Under the pieces are notes generated by a model that worked only from the letters and a program-made list of their open reading frames with translations, was not told the origin of the DNA and ran no database searches. A stretch of 64,000 nucleotides of DNA from NCBI RefSeq assembly GCF_002113885.1, contig NW_018408310.1, positions 184,201-248,200 of the forward strand. The letters are read 5' to 3'. Positions 26,001-36,900 of this stretch are shown piece by piece (the stretch's first letter is position 1; each line of letters begins with the position of its first letter). Both the position numbers and the translations under genes were made by a program. This DNA comes from Mizuhopecten yessoensis (Eukaryota).

Positions 26001-27692
26001 CCATATTGTCCCGTCAGTTAAGCATGAGGTAAAGGGGAAAGTCCAAAGTTCTGATAAAAGAGGCTTTCTTTAGGAAAAGGTGTTTAAGATCGATCATAGG
26101 ATATTTTAAGCAACTGTTAATAAGTATTGATCCAATAAAACCCTGGTCATTTAATAGTCAAAATTCAGGCAATGATTACGATCGTTATATTTTATTAGCA
26201 AAGATTCAAACTTCTCTCGGAAAAAGTCCATGCCAATATCATATCGGTCACAAGGACAAATAGTATAGCAATCACAAGGACAAATATTATATTGGTCACA
26301 AGGACAAATAGTATATCGGTCACAAGGACAAATAGTATATCGGTCACAAGGACAAATAGTATATCGGTCACAAGGTCAAATATTACATCGGTCACAATGC
26401 CAAATATTATTTCGGTCACAAGGACAAATAGTATACGGTCACAAGAACAAATAGTCTATCGGTCACAAGGACAAATAGTATATCGGTCACGATGACAAAT
26501 AGTATCTCGGTCACAAGGACAAATCTATATATAACTTACTGTTTTGTAAAACATGCAATAATGACGTAAATGAACTGAAACATGTTTACTCGACTAGCAA
26601 GGGAGGACGGCAAGTAATTCCAGAGATAATAGAAAAATGTGGTCAACACTCTTCTCAGCAAACATGAGCGTATGACGGTGAAACCTTTCAAAATAATCTT
26701 TGTCCGACAAGAAGCCATCGATGTTTCTGACGTTTGTGCAATGTACCTATTTAAACTAATTTTTACTTGTCTTCTTTTTTGCAGACTGTATCAAGCCTAC
26801 AGGATGTGTCTGTTTCCCGAACCGTAATGTATATGACGTGTATGTTCTCCCGAATTAAGATACCAAGGGAATTCCCAGCACATATATTTGCCTTAAACCG
26901 ACCCGACCTATATCTTCTGAATGCTCGTGGCCCGATTGCCAAAGGTAAATTTTAAGTAAAAACGAATAGATAGATATTTCAGATATATCTAATTTAAGGA
27001 AAACTTAAAAAAAACTAGTTTACTAATATATATCAATATAAGTAAACACATTGTATTGCATTCTGCATGATTTATATTTGTAATTGTAATTAGTTACCCT
27101 AAAAAGTCATAGAAATTGAAAAAAATACTTGAAGTTATAAGTTTATTGTATTTTAAAAAGAAATTGTTTTTTTTGCAAGGTAATTTGTAATCTAATTAAT
27201 TATATTGTCATGTAATTGAACTCATGACTTGTTATGATAATGTGCGATTCTTACGTAGTTATTCTTCATTTTGTAGGAGGCATGCCTAATCCCCACACAA
27301 GCAGACAAGCAAGCGCGAGCCCTGTGTCATTCATGATTATAGGCCAGGAGGATACCACTACCACTACAACCACCAGAAGTCGTTCTACCACTAACACTAC
27401 CACTACCACTACCACCACTAGAAGTCGCACTACCACTGCAACTACCATAATTGCGTCACCAACTACCAAAGATTCTACTATCACTACCTCCTCTGCGTCA
27501 CCAACCACTAAACTCCCCCCTTCCACCTCTATCGACACACCTGCCAACACCCCTACCAGCACTTCTATCTCAACCCGTCGCATTTCTCCTACGGCCGAGC
27601 CCGTCAGCACTGCTATGCCAATCATAAATACTGTTTCGTCAATGATGCTGACATGTTTGTCAGTTGTCGTTGTACTAATTTTGATGACATAG
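20077..27692 (+). CDS. Gene B: secreted single heme-DOMON protein with long mucin-like stalk and GPI-signal-like tail (~306 aa)
   Basis: Exons 20077-20124, 21923-22126, 25740-25832, 26785-26944, 27277-27692, with the same phases as gene A. WAAIGFSKDNRM, SVVMC, CMFSR, LNARG, NPH, Thr-rich stalk, hydrophobic C-terminus. Confidence 0.88.
22330..25650. repeat. Compound satellite of 16-bp monomers in 32-bp dimers, three blocks (intron 3 of gene B)
   Basis: TATGGTTACACTTGTC/TATGGATACGTCAATC (~22480-23620), TATGGTAACGCCTGTC/TATGATTACGTCTATC (~23620-25200), TATGGTTACAACTGTG/TATGGTTACTTCTATC (~25200-25620). N at 24928, so the true length is uncertain. Confidence 0.93.
26240..26525. repeat. 24-bp minisatellite, ~12 copies
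   Basis: Unit TCGGTCACAAGGACAAATAGTATA in intron 4 of gene B. Confidence 0.93.
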
Positions 27693-28766
27693 AACGGGTT
27701 TAAATTCAGGTTTAACGCCTAAATGTTACCAAACAACATGTTGTTTCATTGTGTATTGTGTTCCATGGAAACGAATCCTAATTTAGGTTATTCCATAAAT
27801 CAAAAACCTCGATCTATGAAATTCAACAAACACACAGGAAAAAGCCGTGAACACCGGTTTGTCAGGTGGTTTCAATATGCAGTTTTCCCCTATCTCTCTC
27901 TGATACAGATTGTAATACAGGTATACAGATGTAAGTCAATGCTCTTTCACAAAATTTACACAAAGTTGTGAGATAGGACCTGCAGATACATTATTTTAAA
28001 TACTCGCATTTTTAAATGTTCGTTTCCGCTTCTCTGTGATTTTACGAAACTGCGCTCAGAGGTTACCAAATGCGATGTTGACCTGCAACTCCTTAACAAT
28101 TACGCGAAAAGACGCAATACAATCCGTTGTTGATCTCCACTAAAATAGTAACAGGGGATCATGTCTATGGCGAATCATATTTTGACCAATCAGAAAACAA
28201 AACTGGCAATCACCGAGTAGTAAACAATGACAGGCAGCAATACGCAGACGTCCGATTATCGGGAGGCATTACGATTCCCTCGAATAGATCATAATTACCC
28301 GATTCTAAATTCCCTTAATGCCATCGAATTTGCCTAAAACTTTATCCAGAAAACGTAGCAGAGAGAGGCCAACTAACAAAAACAAAGTCTTGACATAGGT
28401 TAACACGAGAACTTGCTGGCCATCGATATATGACATTTGTTGGTTTCATTGAATATTGCCTTTCTTGGGCAAACGAATACCGTTTTTAACCTAAAAACGG
28501 CCACAATTGTGTTATGTTAAAAAGACTTGTTAGATTTCGTACAAATAAAATATATATATCAAATATACTCATGTACAGATTAACAAATTAATGTAAGACA
28601 ACAGGAAACCACATCATGGTACATAAACAGATAATAGACATCATTCAATGATTTATTTAGCATTTCTATGTGAAAAAGATAATTTTTCAGTTATTATACT
28701 TGTATTCATGTTTTATTTGTATACGTATACACTGATGAGCAGTTCCATGATGTTTTGAAACGCCTA

Positions 28767-29357
28767 ACGTCACTGTACCTAAATCGGGACACTTTTTAGA
28801 TAAATATCGATGTTCTTTTAACCGTACTATCAGTTCCAAAAATATTTGTTCATTTTTCATATATAGATATGCTATCCACTTTTCATTTCTATTACAAGTT
28901 GATATTTCGGGCGCGTGGTTCTATAAATAAAACGCGAAGTACCAACAGGGTTACGTATACGTATGCCATTTATTTGGGGATACACGATCAATATTAGCAG
29001 AAAAGAAGACATATTTAAAAAGAGTTTAGATTCAAACAGGGTCATGATTAAATTTCTTCTCCAAACTAGCAGTAGTTTTGATAAAATAGACTTTGGAATT
29101 GATTTCCAAATAAATAGCGTCGCACGACACGTAAATCGGGAAGGTTTTGTTTTGGTCATTATTCTTACCTTTAAATTGTCCATTTAACGATAATCAGCAA
29201 CCAATAAAGCTTACATACAGTTAAATTGTCATAAAAGTGTTATGGAATGAAAACTATATGCATAAAAGTACTTCTTTGAATTGAATGATAGTTCCTTGGG
29301 CCGTTTTCCCATAAGTGACCCGTTTTGGTAACTGTGCCGATTTGGGTACAGTGACGG
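28767..29357. mobile_element. TA-flanked MITE (Tc1/mariner/pogo-type), ~590 bp
   Basis: TA|ACGTCACTGTACCTAAATCGGGACACTT ... AACTGTGCCGATTTGGGTACAGTGACGG|TA. Related TIRs at 62707-63099. Confidence 0.8.
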
Positions 29358-30120
29358 TAAGATTCTAACCCAGAAAGGACGTAAGGTTGGCAGGGATACC
29401 TGGTAAATGTATGTGTATAGGGTTCTAGGTTTTAGCATGAAATGACAGCACCATAAGTCTGTAGTTATTTTTTTATTTTTGTTACTGGTGTTGTATTTCT
29501 ATATGGAAATTTTAGAAAGGGACATTGGAGCGTTGTCTATCTTTTGAATAGAGAAAAACTGCCGAAAATCACAGGAGCCAATATTCATGTTACTATCTAT
29601 TCTCTCTTGTTAAAATATTTCATTCTTTTGTAGGTGAATTATTTAGTCATTAGATTCTATTGATGTTACTTACTAATTGAAATAAACAACATTAAATATT
29701 TCGCAAATTGTTGAATTTATTATTTGGTACTAAGATAATATAAGAAATACACTTCTATTGGCATCAAAAATTGCAAATATTGTATGTGTTTCACTATTTC
29801 CTATTTTCGATTAACAGCAAATATTCATTTGCGTAATATGCTGCACGGTGATATTAAGCGAAATTTACGTTAACATGATAAATACTGCTTCACTAGTCAA
29901 TGCTAAGTAAATTTGGAGCTCTTTCGAATACGATTCAAGCTTGTTTTATCGTATCTGTGACATTGAAACTATTACATGTATACACATTTCCCCTTATTCA
30001 GTTACTCTTTGTGAGGTTGAGCAATGGGCGAATTCAACAAAGGTCGAACCCCAATAAAAAGGCAGGACATTTTGAACTCATAAGATATAACATATTATAT
30101 AAAATCATATTTTTGGAGTA

Positions 30121-30211
30121 TGCATTAAGGTCATGGTCCATGCGCATTAAGATCATGGTCCAAGTGCATTAAGATCATGGTCCAGGTGCATTAAGGTCAT
30201 GGTCCAGGTCA
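30121..30211. repeat. 22-bp tandem repeat, ~4 copies
   Basis: TGCATTAAGRTCATGGTCCAnG repeated. Confidence 0.85.
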
Positions 30212-30964
30212 TCAATCAAGTGATTCATATAAGGTAATAAAAACCCGTCTCATTCTTGTTATTGTAAAAGATATGATGGTAATATTTAGTTTTTCAAAGT
30301 TTAAACAAACGCACCACGGCGTCAACTAGCAAAAACAAAATAGGAAGTCTAAATAAATTTGAAAGGAAACCAGTATGGAACAGAGAAAGAATCATACAAA
30401 ACTAAAGGAAAGATAGCATACAACCGGTTAAATAGTTTTAAAAACAAAGCACACACAACTATCAAAAACATAATGATACTAACAAGCACTGTGGTAGTGA
30501 ACTTACTGTGACATGTATTAGTATACGTCCCATATGTTGATAGGTTTGTGCGAACAAAATTGAAGACGTTCTGTTCGGTGTATAGTGACCTTTCTTGTCA
30601 TACTTTGGGTATCATGTTTAGAAGCAAAAAAAGTGGAATCTATGCCGCCTTGATTCAAGATCTGAGGAAATCATGAGACGCAAATTCTTATAAAAAGTTT
30701 TGTTATTCACGGACGAAACAGCATCTTTATAAGATAAGTTGAGATTAATTCTCTAAAAGCCCAATTATCTTAGTTTTATTACAGTGCAAATACAGATAGG
30801 CCCCAACTGGAAGCATCATCATAATCTACCAAAATAAACAAATAAACGGTATTCAACCGAGTTAAACCTTGTTGACAAACACGGAGACAGACAAAGAGCT
30901 CAGTTTAGACAAGACATTTTAAATGTGTTAGGATATATTGTATTTGCCTCTGTTGCTTGTTCAG

Positions 30965-33900
30965 ACAGGGATATCGGCAGACCCAGCTTGTGACGTCACG
31001 AAGGGATGTTTTTCGGACTGTTCTGGCTCTCTGTGTTCCTTCCTGGTGACATGGAGACCTGTCAACAATGGACAAATCGTGTTTGAAATAACATCCGCAG
31101 TATCTGCGCCCAACAGCTGGGCCGCCATTGGATTTTCTGGAGATAGATCAATGGTAATTTTATTTACCATATAATTTTTCACTTTTTAAATTGGGCTAGG
31201 TCTTTTTGTGATGTTATTATATCGAAAAGGATTTAACGACACATTTAGAAAATTTAAAACTGATTCAGGTTTAGACAATACGCTTAAAAAAAAATCTTCA
31301 TTGTGAAAACAAAACATCTTAAACTTAATGTATTATAAATGAGAACGTACAATCTCGATAAAATCGTAACACTCATATGAATTATTTTTTAGATAATACG
31401 CACGCGTATAAGAGGGATCAGACAGTGTTAACGCCTGTGTGAGTCCTGGTGTAGTAATTGTGTATTGTATAACAGGGATCAGACAGTGTTATCGCCTGTG
31501 TGGGTTCCAGCGGACTATTTGTGTATTGTATTACAGGGATCAAACAGTGTTGTTGCCTGTGTGAGTTCCGGTGGAGTAATTGTGTATTGTATTACAAGGA
31601 TCAGACATTGTTGTTATCTGTGTGAGTTCCGATGGAGTAATTGTGTATTGTATTACAGGGATCAGACAGCGTTGTCACCTGTGTGAGTTTCGGTGTAGTA
31701 ATTGTGTATTGTATAACAAGGATCAGACAGTGTTGTCACCTGTGTGAGTTCGGGTGTAGTAATTGTGTATTGTATAACAGGGATCAGACAGTGTTATCGC
31801 CTGTGTGGGTTCCGGCGGACTATTTGTGTATTGTATTACAGGGATCAGACAGCGTTGTCACCTGTGTGAGTTTCGGTGTAGTAATTGTGTATTGTATAAC
31901 AGGGATCAGACAGTGTTATCGCCTGTGTGGGTTCCGGCGGACTATTTGTGTATTGTATTACAGGGATCAGACAGTGTTGTTGCCTGTGTGAGTTCCGGTG
32001 GAGTAATTGTGTATTGTATTACAAGGCTCAGACAGTGTTGTTACCTGTGTTGAGTTCCGGTGGAGTAATTGTGTATTGTATTACAGGGATCAGATAGCGT
32101 TGTTATCTGTGTGAGCTCCGTTGGAGTAATTGTGTATTGTATTACAGGGATCAGACAGTGTTGTTATCTGTGTGAGTTCCGGTGGAGTAATTGTGTATTG
32201 TATTACAGGGATCAGACAGTGTTGTTGCCAGTGTGAGTTCCGGTGGAGTAATTGTGTATTGTATTACAAGGATCAGACAGTGTTGTTACCTGTGTGAGTT
32301 CTGGTGCAGTGGTTGTGTATTGTATTACAGGGATCAGACAGTGTTGTTATCTGTATGAGTTCCGGTGGAGTAATTGTGTATTGTTTTACAGGGATCAGAC
32401 AGTGTTGTTATCTTTGTGAGTTCCGGTGGAGTAACTGTGTACTTTAGTATAGGGATCAGACAGTGTTGTTACCTGGTTGAGTTCCGGTGGAGTAATTGTG
32501 TATTGCATTACAGGGATCAGACAGTGTTGTTATCTGTGTGAGTTCCGGTGGAGTAACTGTGTATTGTATTACAGGGATCAGACAGTGTTATTGTCGGTGT
32601 GAGTTCCGGGTAGAAATTGTGTATTGTATTACAGGGATCAGACAGCGTCGTTATCTGTGTGAGTTCAGGTGCAGTAATTGTGTATTGTATTACAGGGATC
32701 AGACAGTGTTGTTATCTGTGTGAGTTCAGGTGCAGTAATTGTGTATTGCATTACAGGGATCAGACAGTGTTATTGTCGGTGGGAGTTCCGGGTAGAAATT
32801 GTGTATTGTATTACAGGGATCAGTCAGCGTCGTTATCTGTGTGAGTTCCGGTGGAGTAATTGTGTATTGTATTACAGGGATCAGACTGTCGTGTTGCCTG
32901 TGTGAGTTCTGGTGTAGTAATTTTGTATTGTATTACAGGGATCAGACAGTGTTGTTGCCTGTGTGAGTTCCGGTGGAGTAATTGCTGCTGAATCTGGTTA
33001 TACTGACGGTCGATCATACAGATCCCTTTCTAATGTAGGTAACAAAACTTCTTAAATAACGTTTAAGCATGCAGTTTCATTGTTTAAAAAATAAAATAGC
33101 ATGTGTGCCCTCATTTTATTGGAAAAATACGGGGAGTGGAAGATCCAACGTCCAAAAGTACGGGGAGTGGCAGATCCAACGTCCAAAAATACGGGGAGTG
33201 GCAGATCCAACATCCGTGCAAAGAGTCCAGCGAAGTTCTGTGTTACTCAGCAGACGGATTCCACAAGGAATACATGAGTCAGACTGTAAAGAGTAAAGTA
33301 ATCAAAAGGAAAAGATGACCATGACAAGGAAACTAGTCAACGTCAAATTTGGTTAAAGCCGTTATACCTTGCACGACATTTTCATTGTTATTTTTTTCCT
33401 TTTGATTATTTGAAAAGTATTTCGGAATTTTAAAATACAATGAATATATATATTCTACTACGATACTCGCGTCGGCTTTAGTATGTACCTAGGACAAAGT
33501 GACGTATATCATCAATTCAATTTAATTGTGTATATTTTTTTCGATTTGAATTTTTTTTCCACGTGAAACGTCGTTATCATTCCATTGATAAACTGATGTT
33601 ACAACTGATATCGTAATTTCTAGACGTCGTTCAGCCAATAGTCTTGGTATTCCTGTTTGAGGATCCCCGTACTACTGGAACATCTGTATAAAAACCTTTT
33701 AACCAGCGTGAAAACAGAAGAACCGTTTCTGAAAATAAAACAGAACCATTCCTTGCGGTAAAAATAATGAAGATGAAAAAAAAAAAAAACGGAAAATCAA
33801 CAACAGTGCTTTGAGAGTAAATATGTAACAATCCCAGTCCGGGGTTGAAACCCTCGACCTCCGATAGCATTACAATCGTTTTTACAAGCTGAGCTACCTG

Positions 33901-36900
33901 ATCAGCATGTGTTTCTTGTCCTATGTACCCTTCAGTTATTTTTAAAACGAAGTAAAAGGGAGATTTGTGCATGAATGGATAAAGGTGCAGTAGAACTATC
34001 AAGTATTCACTTGAATTGGATTCTTAAGGTGGATGTGTACGTGTATTTGGAAACGTTAAATTTATGTATAAAAATAACCCCGCATAAAACATCATTCGAC
34101 AAAGCTTATTTGTCTAAACCAAGGAACACACGGTCTCTCTATTACATTTGCAGTACGGGCAGTGAAGGCCTTTGAAATGCAACATGAGTGTAAAATTGTT
34201 TCTGTTTGAAACAATACGTATCGTGTCACGAAACGATGTGATTTTGTGTTTTTTCCTGAAATAATTTTGATATGATTATGCAATTTCACTATTATACAAT
34301 ATTTGCTTCATTTCACTTCTATGGAACCACGTGATGTGTTATACATTTCAGAAGGATCTCGGTCTGTCTGCTGTCACTGGTACAGTAGTTGATTCGGTGA
34401 TGAGCTGTAGTTTTACCAGGACAATGAACATACCAGGACAGCAAGAGTTCTACGACCTACAGCAGGATTGGCACATTCTGTTTGCCCGAGGACAAGCAGT
34501 ATCTGGTACTTCAAAAGTGGCAGTATTCGCGGTGTAATATTTTCACAACAGGAGATTTGTTTAATAATATGTTAAAAATGAATATCAACAAATGTTATTT
34601 CTGAAATCAAATAGGAAAGATTCCTTTCCCTGGAAGATAATATTACATAAAAAAGACAATATTGCCACACCCACAATGGGTTTGGTTTGAATTGTTTGTG
34701 TTTTACGTTCTAAAACAAGTTGTATTGTCGTTTAAGGACGAGCAAGGTTTTGGTGTTGAAGGAAATCCGGAGTACCCACAGAAAAACCACTAACGTACCA
34801 ACTACAATAGTTTTACATATTACATATTAAGCAGTTGTCTTGTTTAGTCTTTTGTCGTCGACAATAGACCTTGTTTAGTCTTTTGCCGTCGACAATGCAG
34901 AAGCTTATCTATATAGTTTTAGTGCAACTTAACGTTTTGACAGTACATGTGAAAAGTAATTTAATAACATTTGCAAGATTTTTATTTTTTCATCTGTAGT
35001 TTTTTTGTTATTTTAATGTTTAAGTGAAAGTTCAATTTATTCACCGATGTACAATCTGTCTAATCTGACAGCTGTATTTGCTTTCGAGTGGTACGGGAAG
35101 GTATGACAGGGCCTCATTCTGACAACACACATGCAGTGCACTGCCGAGAAAATTGCACCCTGAATCAGAATGATATTTAGCAGAGCAGATTGCTTTTTGG
35201 GGAAAGCAGATAATTTCCATTTTTTTTTTTTTTTTTTTGTAATTTGCTTATTTGCAATTGCTTTATAATACCGTTACAGCTCATAAATAAAAATGATTTA
35301 AGATTTGGTTTTGATCAAATGCATTGTTATTAGATTGAAATGATCTTTATCATTTTGGTGCATAAGTGATTTGCATTAACTTATACTGATCTTGAATTTG
35401 TTTTTCACAGGCAATCCAACGAAACATGCGCAAAGTCCAATTATCAGTAGGGAGGCCGTGGACTTTCAGTCGACTTCGACATTAACTGGGACAGAAGTGT
35501 CCTACCCGCTAGTTAAGGCGCACGGTGCGGACACACGTTGTTAACGACTGACTGTATACAGGGAATTTTTTTGCAGCGGTTTATATTTCGCCTTTTTCGT
35601 CCTCCGTAATTAGGACGAATTTATCATAAAAGCCAACACCAGGAAACAACAAAATAAACATAGCAATCAGAAGTGAAGGGTGAAATCAATACTGAGCGAA
35701 TACTGATAGTGTCCCGAGATACTGTAGTGTGACTTAAAAGTACCACATTTGTCCTTGGCTGAGTTAATAGAAGAGTCCTCTTAACGTTTGGAACTAAAAA
35801 CATATTGCTCCAGAAGGAATCACATTTACATATAAACAATAAATGAATTATTATAAACGAAATTATTTCTTAAAAAACTAAAAAGTAACTTATTATGTTG
35901 TATTTACATTTCAGGCTCCCTGATGATTGTGGCCTGGGTGTTACTCGCTAGTATCGGTATATTCGTGGCTAGGTACATGAAACCTCTATGGCCTAATTCT
36001 ACACTGTTGGGAGCAAAAGTTTGGTTTCCGGTGAGATTAAATTTGATTACCTATTTTCTGTCATTTATGGTAAACGTTTTACGGCTAAGATGTTATCAGA
36101 TAAATCCCACGTTGAATTTCTTTCAAATTGTCTTTGTAGATTCACAGGATTTGTATGGGGACTGCGATGACTTTAACTATTATAGCTTTCATCATCATCT
36201 TCGTGGAAGCTGGAGGCTACGCCCATGTTAGTATGACTTTCAATATGCCCCATCTTTATTTTTTATGGTTTGACATGAACATTGGTCTCATTAAAAAAAA
36301 AGTTGAAATGAAAAATGTACATATAAACTTGTATTCACAGAATATAAGACATACACACTTATATTACACATCTACATCTAGTGGAAGATATCACATAGAA
36401 TATATACATGTACTAATATTAATCCATTTATATAAGATATCCTTGGATACATATGATACAAAGAATATAAGACATTTAACATTTAATAGTTGTATATAGT
36501 AGTGTTAAATACATAGATATAAGACATCTTCATGAATATAGTACATAGGGTAAAGTTCAACTTCTTGTGTATCATACAAAGAATATAATAAATCTAAATA
36601 TTCGTTATCGTCCACAGAATGTACTATATATTCTAGAACATTATACATTATATTAAAAATATCTACTAGTGTGTTAAATGTGTACCCTCAAGTATGAAAC
36701 ATACAAATAAATATGACTTTTTTATTAAGAACATTGGTGTGTCGGCGGGTAGTATATTGTTTGGACAATACCACCCCGTTCTCGGGATCATCGTCACTAT
36801 CCTGTCAGTGGTAAATGTACGTATATTGTGTGTGTCACCTCCGTCACCCGCATGGGAAACCATTAATAACAAACACACATATATGAATACATAAAACAAC

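Noticed and set aside
27266-27625. Val-rich minus-strand ORF
   Set aside because: Antisense shadow of the Thr-rich exon of gene B.
29900-30172. Candidate local leader for gene C (MLSKFGALSNTIQACFIVSV...)
   Set aside because: Poor signal-peptide shape, no resemblance to the 48-51 nt family leader exons and no strong donor. Not formally excluded without RNA data.
27700-30964. Reeler-domain exons expected for canonical FRRS1
   Set aside because: No reeler-like exons recognised here or in 6885-9890. Absence was judged by eye only.
31415-32984. CRISPR-like array or Cys-rich protein ORFs
   Set aside because: No unique spacers and no cas genes, in a eukaryotic intron. The ORFs are frame-cycling translations of a 61-bp unit.
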